Source: Chlorokybus atmophyticus (taxonomy: Eukaryota > Plantae > Mesostigma and Chlorokybus algae). From it: a stretch of DNA of 64,000 bases. The stretch is taken from assembly GCA_009103225.1 (NCBI GenBank), contig RHPI01001132.1:372001-436000 (forward strand), in the 5' to 3' direction. The notes below the pieces were generated by a model. That model was not told the origin of the DNA and did not search any database. It saw only the letters and a list, made by a program, of their open reading frames with translations. The translations under genes were made by a program, and so were the position numbers. Each line of letters opens with the position of its first letter. Positions within the stretch are counted from its first letter, which is position 1. Positions 46,623-60,500 of this stretch are shown piece after piece.

Positions 46623-48474
46623 TAGCTGCTGATGAGTTGGTGTGGGCACGCTACACATAAACTTGTACATATGTATACAGAAAGGGTTAGCGCCTGCCCT
46701 ATTGGTTATGCATCGCAGTATTGAAGAAGGCGATGGACAAGTACATGAGGAGGGGTTCTATCTGCACGTGTGACGAACGTGGCGCACACAGCAATGATGC
46801 GTAGGTTAAGGGAGTGTACACAAGTCCATAGGAATGCGCATGCATGTGTGGTGTGCCGTGCACTGCATGCTGCAAGGGTGTGGGAGAGGGAGGGAGGGAG
46901 GGTAGTCCTCGTCCTCTTGCTGATGTTGCTTGTTGTTGCTGCTGCGAATTGGCCGCTGATGACATCCACATACAATTGCGGTTGTGCACTGCATGCATCC
47001 TTTATCAATGGAGGGGCGGTGAATGTAGAGTAAGCGGAGGGTAGGTAGCGCGCAAGCGCATGGTGTAGCCCGGTGCTTATGTATGTAGCATGACGGTGTG
47101 TTGCAGGCTGAGTGTATGATATGCATGTGCATTTGCCGTTGACATTCACTATCATAGTGAATGATATACCAATTTACTACATACCAACAACTTTACACAT
47201 CTTACGCACACACACGTGTGTACGTACCAACTAATATAAACCTATTGAGCAATGGTGCATTGCGCTCTTGCTCATTACCACGTATACACACAACACTCGC
47301 GCATGAACATAGATGGTTCGTTTTGGCGAACATGCCATCTACGCCAACGCCGTATCCGCCTCCATCCTGCGTGGGCCTGGTGCCGCACTTGGCAATGGTG
47401 CCCTGCCCGGCAGGGCCTTTGCCGCGCCTCACTCCGTGGTCGCCGAGGCCTGCGCCCGCCATTAATATGCCGCAACGCATATCACACGAATTGCACACAT
47501 GATGGGTGTTTGCAATTGATTACTGCAAGAATGCATATGTGACAGCATTTCAAATGTGCCTTGTGCAATGCTAACATAAGGATAAAGTTATGCAAATCAA
47601 AGCTAAAGGTTGACATTAGCAATATTTGTTATGCTGTAAATTTCTCTTGTAGTGGACAATGGAAACATAGTTATAAGATGCATAATACAACATAAGGTAT
47701 CATGATGGTCGTGCTCAGTTGCAATAATTATAAACATTCGACGGCAAAAATAATGCACACGCACGCATGCGCATGCGTGGGCACTTGCACATACGCACAT
47801 GCAGGCACTCGTACACACGCACGCACGCATGCTGCAACGCGCGCACGCGACATATACTTACGCACACACGCGGACGCGCGCACACGTAAGTATGCGCATG
47901 CACATAGGCAGCACTGTTATTGTTACATATGTGGATATGGGTCGTATATCTCTAGTGTGATCAATTTTTATGTGTATTTGATTGTGCCACTTGGTAGATA
48001 GGGTGCATGGTTGACTATACCTCATATATAAGACGTGTAGCTCCTCCTATGGCAGCGACTTTTGCTACCGTAGTCAAAGTCTGGTTGAAGCGTCGTGTTG
48101 CAACTGTGCAAACGCACTTTGATCTATTACAACTGAGATGCACCTGAGTCCAATAAACAAGCTTATCTATCAAGCGCTTAACCGGGGTATACATGTGAGT
48201 GTCATACTCCCTCGATATTGCGATGTTCACCAATAAATCATCTAATCGTTATACAAATGGTGTGCATCGTATGTGTACATAGTCCAACTGTGCAAGAATT
48301 CAAAGCTTACAAGTCGTACATAGCACATAGCTTGCATGTTCTATCATACAGATAACAAACACCGGTAGTGTAAAAACATGAACATCAAGCAGCTTTGTTA
48401 CTTGAGTTGTTGAGCAAGTATGAGATGACTTCACTTGCCTCTCAATGATACTCTTCAACCAACACCAAGGATCC

Positions 48475-48827
48475 NNNNNNNNNNNNNNNNNNNNNNNNNN
48501 NNNNNNNNNNNNNNNNNNNNNNNNNNNNNNNNNNNNNNNNNNNNNNNNNNNNNNNNNNNNNNNNNNNNNNNNNNNNNNNNNNNNNNNNNNNNNNNNNNNN
48601 NNNNNNNNNNNNNNNNNNNNNNNNNNNNNNNNNNNNNNNNNNNNNNNNNNNNNNNNNNNNNNNNNNNNNNNNNNNNNNNNNNNNNNNNNNNNNNNNNNNN
48701 NNNNNNNNNNNNNNNNNNNNNNNNNNNNNNNNNNNNNNNNNNNNNNNNNNNNNNNNNNNNNNNNNNNNNNNNNNNNNNNNNNNNNNNNNNNNNNNNNNNN
48801 NNNNNNNNNNNNNNNNNNNNNNNNNNN
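48475..48827. other. Assembly gap (N run)
   Basis: N bases. Confidence 1.
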
Positions 48828-49732
48828 TCCTCATGAAAACGATGCAAGAAAGGTGGGTAGTGTAGGCGACACCTGCACTACCCACCATCATCACATGTAA
48901 TCTTAGCAATGATGAACATCTATGTGTCCTTGTCTTTCCCTTGGCATGCAAAGCACGGTAAGGAAGCTCACAACTTGCTCTCAGATATAAACACACATGA
49001 TGCTACACTATCATGGATGCAACCTACACTTTGGCAGGTTGTGTAAGAGTACACATCACAAACAATACCAAGTGTTGCATCTCGTATGCATTGCATTGCA
49101 TAATAATTGTTTAAGTAACAATCTCTTACACTGCGTGGTTTGAGGCAGACTGCAGCGTAGTGTACAGAATATGTGATGTGTATAGTGTTACGCGCAACGG
49201 CAATGGTTGCAATTATGGTTGCTACACCTCAAGTTTGAGACGGTCTGCAGATTGGTGTACAGAATATACGCGACATTGTAGTGTTAAACATAACGATGTG
49301 CAGTGGTGATGGCTATGCATCCAGTTGTTACAACAAGCAGTCTATTTATCTTCTCTACAGTGTGCAATGGGTTGTACGCAGTAGTATATCGCATGCTGTA
49401 TATGGTTGTATACTTTTCACTGATAGAACACATTGCGTGGGCATAGCAAGTTGTGCAGCATGGACTGAGAAGTGGCTGCATGTTCGTTTCTTGCAAGTTG
49501 TTGACAATGGTTATACACTAAGGTTACAATATCGGCTGCATTTGACATACAGCGGGATGTGAGATTTGTCATACCAGGAATACAGCATATATATACAGCA
49601 TAACCCAAAATTTCAAGCATTTTAGGAATGATCACAAATGAGATCAAAGGTTGTTACAATACACATGTTACAACAGTGCAACGGTAGCGTTACAATCTTT
49701 CAATGTACAAAAACAAAAAGGTAATTAAATGT

Positions 49733-50525
49733 CTACTGTTGTGCTTTGCTTGCGATGGTCGCAGCATCAGCTCCAGCGCCGGCAGCAGCATTCATTGAGC
49801 TGCGCTGCTCACGAGGATCCTGTTTACATCAACACAACACATCAGCTATGCTGCACAACACATGCACATGTATGCTGTCGAGACAGAAGGTATACTCACC
49901 TGGTCGGGGGAGCTGAGGCCAACAGCCTCGGTGTTGGTAGCCTTGCCCATACCCTCGCCCAGGCCAATGCGGCCCTTGTTATCCAGTCCACGCTCAACAG
50001 CAATCTGAGCATCACCTGAGCCTTGCCTGGACAGCTGAGAGCCCTCGGTGAAAGGCTTGGTCAGGGCGCTCTTAGCAGAGTCAATAACACCTCCCAGGCT
50101 GAAGCCCTGCAGCGTAGACAGGTTACAGGCAAATGGTATGAAACGGGACACTGTTGGCGACCAATAAGACAAGATTACTGTAACTGGCATACCGTAGCTT
50201 CCTGGGCCTTGTCAGCAGCACCCTGAGCAACACCCTGGCCGAAGCCGAGGTCGTTGGCAACCTTGCCAGGGGCAGCCTCAACATCGCTCTTCACCTTGCT
50301 GGCAGCACCACCAAGGTCACCCTGGGTGGCGCGGCTGACGGCCTTCTTGGGGTTCTGGATGTTGCTGGCCACATCTCCAACACGCTCCTTCAGGGCGCTG
50401 AAGACATTGCCATCGGAGGCATCAGACTTACCCTGCTCAACTCCAGATTCGCGCTGGCTGTTCACTCCAGCGATCTATGGACACATGTGTGTTGTTTAGC
50501 ACAAGTGTGGAACAAAAGAAACAAC

Positions 50526-50568
<43 letters not shown>

Positions 50569-52332
50569 GGCACTTACGGGGTTGCCAGGGAGAATGCTCT
50601 TGATCTTGTCGCCCAGGTTGGAGGCAGCATCGCCAGGGCTGCTGACATTGTCGCCAACCCTGGAGGCAACCTCTCCGGCGCGGTCAGCACCCTCGTTCAG
50701 CTTATCCATGACACCACCATCAATAGTCAGCATGGGCCCCATGCTGCGTGTGGAAGGTCCAACCTGCGTGTTGGGCTGCACCAACACCGGCAGTTTAGAA
50801 TCTACCTGCAAGTAGCATTCAAGCAGTCCTCATCCAAATCACAAGAACAACACTTACTGGGCTGCCGATGAGACTGTCCTTGGAGGGGAGCTTATCCTTG
50901 ATAGCATCGCCAACCTTGTCACCAATCTGGCCAACAGCGCCAAGCTTGTCGCCAAGCTCGCTGGCAACACCCTGACCGAAGCCCAGGTCGTTGGCGACCT
51001 TGCCGGGGGCAGCCTCAACATCGCTCTTGACTTTGCCAACAGCGCCACCAATGTCACCAGAAGTAGCCTTGCTGACTGCCTCCTTGGGGTTGCTAGCGTT
51101 GCTGAGGACATCACCCACACGGTCCTTGAGGGCCTCCAGCACATTGCCGCTGCTGGCATCAGACTTTCCCTGCTCAACTCCAGACTCCCTCTGAGAGTTC
51201 ACTCCAGCAACGGCGTCAACCTACATCCCAGTGGCGGTGTCATTCCGTGCTAAGTCACAAGCGATGAACATCATGCTAGGTGCAGACCGTCAAGTGGGTA
51301 ATGAACCAGTGGCTACAACGACTTACAGGGTTGCCTGGCAGGAAGCTCTTGATCTTGTCACCGAGGTTGCCAGCGTCCTTGGCGGCACCCTTGACATCCT
51401 CAACAGCGCTCTCGGCCTTACCCTGGGCCTCGCCAAAGTTGCCTGGCAGAATGCTCTTGATCTTGTCACCGAGGTTGCCAGCGTTGCTGGCAGCGTCCTT
51501 GGCGGTATCAACGGCGCTCTCAGCCTTGCCCTGGGCCTGGTTGAACAAGCCCTGAGCCTGGCCGGCAGCACCCTGAGCGTTACCGAGCTTGCCCTGGACG
51601 GCACCCTGGGCGCGGTTGAAGGCATCCTCAGCACCACCCTGCACACGGTTGGCACCCTCCTGCACCTGCCCGGCGGCGTTCTTAGCTGCCTGCCTTGCCT
51701 CAATGCCAAAACGGCCAGCTTCGCCAAAGGCCAGAGCTGGGTTCACCTGCATATGCACAACAACATGTTATTGACTTGCTTACTGGTGTAGGCAATTGCG
51801 TGAATGTGTTACGAGTGGATGAATGCAAACACACTTACCGGTGTGGCCATGAGTGGCATGGCGGTAGCCATGAGGGCGGTGAGACCGAGGGAGACGGCCT
51901 TCTTAGCGGCCTGGACGCGCTCGCTGCCATTGTCGGCCTGAGCCCGGACCAGCGTGCGCTGCACATAGCGTAATATCGACGATTAGGGACTCCACAACTG
52001 ACCATCCTGAAGGTGTTAAACTACTGCACTTGATGCATGTTGAAGGCAAGCCATGTAACAAGCATACACTGCCAGCTAATGGGCCTTCAATGCATAAACG
52101 GCTGCAGCAAAAGCAATGTGACGTTACTCCAGCAGGAAGCAGGCTACCCCGGTCCAGCAACACACAGCCACACGCACACCCACACACACTTTCTGCAGTC
52201 CGCAAGCATGCACCCAAGCTAGGCTGAGCAGTTCCTCACCTGGGCTTGCTGGGGGCGCTGAGCCTTCTTTGTGGTTGAGCGGAGCTGCTCGCCGGACAGT
52301 GCCTTGAGTTGGGCGTTGATTGCCTGCGCCAT
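49733..52332 (-). CDS. LEA-like repetitive hydrophilic protein with a bipartite chloroplast/thylakoid-lumen targeting signal, multi-exon
   Basis: MAQAINAQLKAL...RTLVRAQADN...AVSLGLTALMATAMPLMATP-VNPALA-FGEAG, followed by Gly/Ala/Lys/Asp/Gln repeats (NLGDKIKSILPGN, GVEQGKSDAS, AAPGKVANDLGFGQGVA). Phase-0 junctions were checked for the first exons. Confidence 0.75.
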
Positions 52333-52832
52333 GTTGGCTGCTTTGCTTGCTTATCCACACACGCGAATAACGAGCTTCAAGAGGTAGCGCTGCAAGGAGG
52401 AGATAGCTGTATAGTGGGTTTGTTACGCAGACTGTCGGAAGGTGCTGGTATATATATGCTGCTAGCAAACACCCCAGAAGGAACTGGAGTGCAAGCCATG
52501 CATGGCCATGCATGCCGTGGCCGATAGCCATGGCGTGGCGTGGCCGCGTAGCAGATTCCATGCATTGCTACTGAATACGTGAATACATAAAGTACAATCA
52601 ACCATCTCATCTGATCTAATCAAAGCGCTTAGTTTGGATAAGCGCAGCGGCATATTCAGCGGGAAGGGTGTCAGGCCGCACTGCCACGTTCGCATGATGG
52701 TGACGTCAGCACCCGCCTGCGGGCGTCCGTACGGCTGGTAATCTGCACCAGAGATCTGACTGGGCGCTCAGCTGGCAGGCAGCGGACTGACGCAGTGCGC
52801 CAGAGGATCTGCCACCTTGGATCTGCCCATGC

Positions 52833-52840
52833 ACACGTGG
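52833..52840. promoter_or_regulatory. ABRE/G-box (ACACGTGG) about 500 bp upstream of the LEA-like gene
   Basis: The motif is read directly. The link to desiccation or ABA response is an inference from plant LEA promoters. Confidence 0.35.
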
Positions 52841-54349
52841 ATGCGGCGACACGAAAGATCCCGAAGGCGGCATTCTCACTTTCTCATTCTTTGTGCTGGA
52901 GATTCTCTAGGCCTATGGCTGGCTGACTCTCTGAGCATATGAGGGCATGTAATCTGCAAGCGGTATGTTACAGCATGACAACTTGCATGCCCTCATAAGC
53001 TCATTAAGTCCTAGCTCGCTATGCATTTGATGCCTTACAATGGCGTTATGAGTATTCACTAACAACGGTTGCTTTGATCAATGCAGACATCGCCTGTGGC
53101 CCTTGAGGTTATGCACAATCAAACTGTTAATGTGTATAATAGCAACAACAATATTATACATAATGACCATCTGTTTGCTTAATCTAATTGCACATTCCGA
53201 TAATTAGAACAAACGGTAATTTAAGTGAGCATTAACGCATCAGTTCAGCTGCAACAGCTTTACTCTCTTTTGATGCATGTGACATCAAAGCTGCCCCCCC
53301 TTCTTTTTTTCTTCCCGCTCTCTTTACCATATAAAAGTAATGGTGCATTTTTTATAATTGAATACCTCTCTGAAATCACCAAACATGTGCTCGACCTTGT
53401 ATTCAAGAAATAGCTGAGTTTGATATTAATTAGACAACGTTTGATTTAAATCAAACAACGTATTACTTTACAGCAAGATGTTTTGCTATTTACGTTAATT
53501 TATCTATTGAACATTGTTTGAAAAATTGCATAATAGATGCAAAAGGACCACGTGAACAGTTAAATTGACGCAAGTTGAGTAATATAATCGGATGTGTTAT
53601 TTGAATTAAAGCCACAAAACAGCTTGCCATATAAAAATTAATTCCTCGTTTCACGGATTATTCTTGCTCAAACAGCAGCTAGCTTTTGGTAGCCCACACA
53701 AGGCCGACCATGTTTGCCCGTTTGGTTAATGTATGTCTTAACGATAATAGATAAATGTACAATGCCGTAATTGTAACACACTTGTGCACGCAGCGAACTT
53801 ACATTCTTACTGTCGGTAAAAATGAACCGAAAAAGCAATAAACTTCAAATGAGAAGCGCAAGTGTATATAAATTTAAAAACATCGCAAGATGCACCGGAG
53901 ATTTGCATTCAGCAAGATGCATTGATGTGTGCGGTTTGCACAACCCACATGCAGCGAAAGCACACAAAAGACCTGCTTGACCACTATGGACTACCATACA
54001 TACTACCGTATAGAATTACCACTACCACTCCATTCAACATGCATGCATGCATTCTCGCATAGTGCCTGCGGCGTGTTTAGCTGTTCATGAATCAGCATTA
54101 AAGTATTCATAGGTGCTATCTTTGGGTTCGATGTGCACTATAGCAAGCATGTCTATTCATGCAATATCCACAAGCTGGACAACAAACCACTACACGCTTT
54201 GTATGAATGCCATGCCTAGAGCATTAAAAAGAAGGTAGTTGCAACAACACTGAATGTTACCTTTTCATTGTTCACACGGCGCAGCTACTATGTTTGCACT
54301 TATTCGTGGACAAACATTGTCCATGACCAATCCCACAGCAAATGTGGGC

Positions 54350-54384
<35 letters not shown>

Positions 54385-54769
54385 CCAAAGCACATATCAA
54401 TGTACTAGGTTATGCAGCTGCAGCCATCATCAAGTGCAACTGCAGACATCAGCAGTCTGCGCCACTGTGCACATTTCGTATAACTGACACCACTGCGCAG
54501 GGCATGCAACAGCCTGCCCAATGTGCAAAACCAGCTTACATACCATGATAATGTCACGCAACGTACCACACAATATCAGTACTCAAGAAACACCACATGC
54601 ATAACAACACTAAGGCACTCAAACCACGAGATGCACCAAGGCAGAAACAACAACGCCGACCAGGAAGCAGGGCAGCAGCACAAGTAAATACTCTACTCAA
54701 CTATTTACAACACCAGCGGAGTGTTTGTTGGCTATGTACTGGCACTAACTCTATTGTGCGTGTGATAGT

Positions 54770-55205
54770 TTACTTGTTGAAGCGTGACTTGGTGTCGTCC
54801 CATGCTCCCTCTGCGCGGTGCTGCGTGTCCTTGGCGGCGTCGCGGGTGTCGCGGGTGGCATCGCGCACGTTGTCGCGCACGTCGCGGTAGGCGTCCTTGG
54901 CGTTGGCCTTGGCGCGCTTCACGTTGTCGGTCGCCTCATCTGGCTTCAGGAACACGTACAGCGCCAGGGCGACGGCGCCAGCGATGGCTGCGCCAAGCAC
55001 AATCTGCACACACCATGCGAATACTGCACTAAATACTGCAGACAACACGACATGGGCAGCTTCGCTTGATCACTCTCATGCAAGAACAACCCAACCGAGT
55101 GCAATAAATAAGCCTGCTGCCACACACGCCCACACAAGGGACAAAACAGCAAAATAGCCATTCATCACAACCCACCTTCCTTCCGGAGTCGTCGCTGCCC
55201 GACAT
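54770..55205 (-). CDS. Small LEA/YtxH-like protein (87 aa; exons 55205-55176, 55003-54770)
   Basis: MSGSDDSGRK-IVLGAAIAGAVALALYVFLKP (TM helix), then an amphipathic repeat NVKRAKANAKDAYRDVRDNVRDATRDTRDAAKD. Phase-0 GT-AG intron. Confidence 0.75.
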
Positions 55206-56570
55206 GGTGGCAGTCTCAACGGTTTTGCTCGCAAGGATTAGAAAACCCGCCGCTCCTGTACCCTTGGCACACTGACGCCCTCAAGAAGCAACCAACCAAC
55301 AACACCGCCGGACACTGCTCACGCAGACGGGCGGAGACAGGAAGATGCCAAGGAATCTGCCGCAGGGGCTGACGTCGTGGCAGGCGACGCGAGATCTCAC
55401 ACGCATTGCCAGAGGGAATTGCTGATTCCGGATATCGGCATTTTCCTGCTATAGCAGGAAAGTATATCACTTTATGGGTTACCTTATGGGTATGTGGATG
55501 CTTTCAAAAGCATCTGCATAACTCGCCATGCAAGGCAATTGAGCAGGCGACTGAGCAATCAGATGAAGTAACTTGTGGCCCTTAAGTCAGCCCTACTTTC
55601 GTAAAGCTTGTTACACATTGAGAACAGTGCGCATATGTGGATAATATATGTATGCACACCCGAAAGTCGTTTGCTTATATGTGAGACTTGCAACTTCAAG
55701 CTTTATGTATGGGGTTACAGATTGTAATTCGTTATTATAATGAATAATATCAAATGTTGTGCCTTTTCAACCAATTGTGGTGTGGTTCAATTACAAACCA
55801 CTCAGCACCTTTAAATCAACGAATAACAAGAGTGCAAAGTTAATTGAAGCTAATAATGTGAATATGTGGATCGCACGTCAAATGCAATCCTTTGTCAATG
55901 TAAATGCTGCCAGTAATTGCTTGTGCTGTACTGATTTGAATGCTTGATAACCAATCTGTGATTGCAAGCTTTACAATTAATTAACATATATAGTTAAGTC
56001 GTCTGTTAATATGCCATCTTGAAAAAGAGTGGTTGATTGAGAAAAGGCATGACTTAAATTCGTACTACATATCCATCATTAAATCATAGCAGTAGTATCA
56101 TCTGTTAAAGCTGTCACGGGGGATTACATAACTCTCGCAAGAGTTGCTAAAAGCAAACTCCCAAAGCGAACGTCATCCCAACGTCTTCCTGGGAGGCGGA
56201 TAGCATACTGCTATTAGCAGTATACTGTGATATATGTGTTATCATGATGTTTATTTACCCGAGAGAGCCGTCAACATATTCGTGCTGTTCTCTAGCATGT
56301 TAGCCCAACGCGTACGCTGCACTTATACTTAGGCAATCATCTCCTTGGCGCTCAATTTTCTTGACATGTTTCACATGGCATCATGTATTGACTTTTTGTT
56401 TCAAGCACCGATAATTCGTCATCATTTTTCACATCAACCAGATCAGACATAACGACGCTCTTGTCTCCGGGTCCACAAGGTGCAGGTGCATGTTGTCACA
56501 CACTGCCAACGGCGTCCTGCAGTAACACAATTTTATGCAGATGGCATATGCGCGCATGCACACATACATG

Positions 56571-56781
56571 CTCACGCAGATCTACGTTTGAACGCACACA
56601 TGCGTGCGTGCACACATATGCCCATTATTGATCGGTGTTATTGCCAATGCATGTGCGCACGCACAATGCCTGCAAACACATACACACTCACGCAGATCTA
56701 TGTGTGAACGCACACATGCGTGCGTGCACATTATTGATCGGTGTTATTGCCAATGCATGTGCGCACGCACAATGCCTGCAA
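56571..56781. repeat. Tandem duplication with ~116-bp period
   Basis: ctcacgcagatcta..gaacgcacacatgcgtgcgtgcac..cattattgatcggtgttattgccaatgcatgtgcgcacgcacaatgcctgcaaa occurs at 56571 and 56687. Confidence 0.9.
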
Positions 56782-57369
56782 AGACACATATAGCATGCTT
56801 GCTGGCATGCCCACACCAAGACGAGACTGTTTCCGGCACGCACATGCATGCGTTCAACAGTGTATGTGTGCCAACACTCACTTGGAGACCGATGTGAACG
56901 CCACAATGTAACGGTCTTGCTGCTGCCATATGATGCATGCAAACACACTGCAACATGTGCGTGTGCGTGTCTGCATGCGAGTGCATGCGTGTGTGTGCCT
57001 GCGCAAGCGCAAGTGTGTGTGTGTGTGTAGCAGCACTGCATTGACATGAAGTGCATGTTGGTTTTTTCCACGGCAACACGCACGGAAGAGTTGTTTCTTT
57101 CTCACCCGCAAAGCTGATGTGGTGGCTTTGCCCAACACTCTGCACACACAGAGATTCGGCCTTGTTCCCTCTCCAACCACACGCACGCACACATCAAAGC
57201 CACCGCCAGGATGCATGCTTTCAGCACAGCAACCCATTCACAGGCAGTTTCACAGCACCATCTGCATTGCAAACTTTTATCACCTTTCTGTTTAAACGAA
57301 GGTGATGCATGTGTTATGCACAACTCACATGTGTGCGTGCGTGCATGCGCGTGCGTGTGCATGTATGGG

Positions 57370-57405
<36 letters not shown>

Positions 57406-57594
57406 ATGTTGATCATTGCTTCTACTTCATTTTTATACTCATGGGACTCATCGTGCCGCAAGAAGGCTAGTTGATATAGGTACTCGATTACTTTATTATC
57501 ACTCATGGGCACTTATGGTAGCTACGCTTAACAAGCTTCTAGGACTATTACATACTGATACAGTCATATACACATTACTTGAGCACCGCCGACA

Positions 57595-60500
57595 TTAAGC
57601 ACTGTAGATCAGGATGCCGTTGACATGGGCATTGTCGACATGCGTCGTGAACGAGATTGTCAGTGCACCATCTGCCACTTGAGTTGTGAACTGCTGTTTG
57701 ACCGCGATGCGTTGCCCGCCGGCAGCTGCACACAACTCAACATCAGCATCAATAGCTACACACATGCAAGTAAGGTTGTGCATCCATGAAGGTGTTGCAC
57801 GGACCTTTGTACGTGTCAAAGTTGGCAAGCACTTGGACTCCCTCTAGGGTGACATCAAACACTCTCTGTCCTGCTTGAGTCCACCAAGACTCGATGAAGT
57901 ACATGGTGACAGCGTAGCGTCCAGGCGCTACGGGGAAGTTGTAAGTGAACACCTGCAGATACAACAAAACATGGACACGATTTCAAGAAAATCAGCGTCG
58001 TCTAGTAGCATGCAGCGCAATTCGCCAAGCTTGCACGTGCGGTGTATACACGCACGAGCATGTATGCAGACACAGAGTAGGTATTGATCACCAGGACACA
58101 CACACACACACACACACAGAATCGGATTGCAACTGACCCACCTGTCCGTATCTTTCCGTGTGGCACAGTTCCGTTCTCCCCGCGTCGATCTGGCACGCCC
58201 AGTCGTTCCCCGCCCAGCTGTTGTCGTTGGTGCCGCCCGAGTAGTAGCCACTATACGGCAACGCACCCTCTGAAGCCCACACTATGTTACTGCTGTCGGT
58301 GAAGCTAACCGCACCCGCACCCGTCTTGCCACAGTTGACGGCATACTTGAGGGCACCAACACCACCACCTGCACACGAACACACGCACACGTAAACAACA
58401 TTGCTTGATACACTGACTGACCCGATTCATTGTTGTGTGTGTAACATTTTCACTTACCGCTTGTGGTGAGTTCGTAGTATGCTTTGTAGGTGGCTTTCTT
58501 GTCGGTGCCGATGGTGATGGCGTGCGTCTGCGCGCCACCGTCGGACCAGCGGGTGAAGACGCGTTGACCGCCGCCGGTCTTAGACGGAGCCAAGATGGCT
58601 ATGGTACCACCTTGAACAGCCTGAACGGGGTAGGCGGGTGAATGCGTGGGTGAGCGTGTACAAAGGCATGCGTTGGTGCGTGCATGTAAACAGTTATGCA
58701 TGCATACGCGCTCGCATGCACGTACACGCACGCACACGCACACGCACACGCGCAAGCACACGCGCACGCGCACGCGCACACACATACATGTACATCCCAA
58801 CCTGTGCGACGAATGGCGTGCGCTGCACGAGGTTTCCAAAGGTCAAAGTGATGTTTCTGGGGCTCGAGTCCATGGTGACGTCGACGGTCTTGGGGTAGAT
58901 GCTGACGGATCGCGTCTTGGTGATGTTGCCCTTGGACGCCGTCAGGGTGACGATGATGTAGGTGGGCATCTCGTGCTGGGGGCCGAGAAACTGACCAGAA
59001 GAACCAACAACACCCTGACAGAGTGACACAAAACAGTTTGTACACATAGACCCACACATGACTGTTCCCCACCTGCACGCACACACGTGCACACGCACAC
59101 GCACACGCACACGCACACGAGCCTTATCGCTGCAATCAGGCATGCCTCACTCTCCCTTACTCTGATGATGTCGTGCGAGTGGCAGCTCGTTGCCGCCGTC
59201 GTCGTGCAGTGTCTGATATACACGTCCCACGTGAGCGTGGCGTCCGGCGCGGTGCTGTACCCGGCGTAGTTGACGACGCCCCCCGCGCTGTATCGGAACG
59301 ACGGCAGCGGTGCCGTGATCACGGGACGCGGGTCGTCACCGCTCGACTGAACGACCACCACGCTTGTGGATGCAGAAGACACCTTGCCTGTGTGCATGTG
59401 GATACTCGCATCATGTGTATGTGTATATGTGCATATGTGTACGTGTGTGCGCACACAAGTGGGTTTGCGTGCATGCGTGTGCGCGTGTGCAACCTGCCTG
59501 TTGGCCCAGAAACTTGGACAGTCACCTTGTACGTGCCAGCCCTACGCAGCACGCGAGTGTGAATAAGCACGCACGTACAAACCACAACAGACCACGCCCC
59601 AACACCAGAACCTTACTTCATATACGTCGTTGTAATCTTGGCCGTTGTGGATACATCCCCGTCCCACTTGTACATGAGGGGTCCACCTGTCGGCCCAGGT
59701 TGGGATGCAGATGCATCGCAGTTGACCTGCAGTGGCGCGACGCCGGAGTCGGGCGTGCACGTCAGCGCGGCGGTGGGGGCGGCGTCGGCGTAAGAGAGGC
59801 GGTACACGCAGTTGGAGCCATAGTCGGAGACGTAGAGGGAGTCGTCGCCGGGAGGACCGGGCTCGAGACCGGCGACGTTGGTCTGCAGGGAATGAGTGTG
59901 TGAGTTAGGGAGGAGTTGCTTGAGCACACACACGACCAACTGTTCTGCCGCTACACGCACACGCACACTCGCACGCGCACTCACGCACACACACATACAC
60001 ACGCACACGCACACGCACACGCACAAGCGTACCCTATCCAGAATGGTGACAATCTTCGTTGGGTCCGGCCTTCCGTCTGCTCCTGGCATCATTGCCCACA
60101 CTCCCTGCTGCGGGAAGTCCCCGAAGAACAGCGCCCCGCGCAGTTGCGTCGGGAACGTCGTATTTGCGTTTGTCAATGTTGGGTAGAACGTCATGCCGCT
60201 GATGGCGCCGGAGTAGGGTGAGGTGATGCCAACAGGGTTGGGAGCCATGCCGTGCGCGTAAGAGTAGAGAGGAGGAGTGTATGAGTCCAGGCGAGGGTAG
60301 TAGGAAGTGCACACGTCGAAGCCGGAAAAGCCGCCCTGGCGCGGAAAGCCCTCGAAACAAGGCCTGATGCAACGAGAAGGTGTGAGTCAATGTGGCAATG
60401 TGTCAAGTTGAGGTTCAGTGGGGGATGACAGCAACACACGCAGCTTGCCAGCAGCTTACCAGCCAAAGTTGCGCATCTGTACGAGCGGGCGCGAGCGGGT

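Noticed and set aside
56480-57512. Cys/His/Thr-rich ORFs of 100-150 aa
   Set aside because: Products of (CA)n/(CACG)n low-complexity DNA, not zinc fingers.
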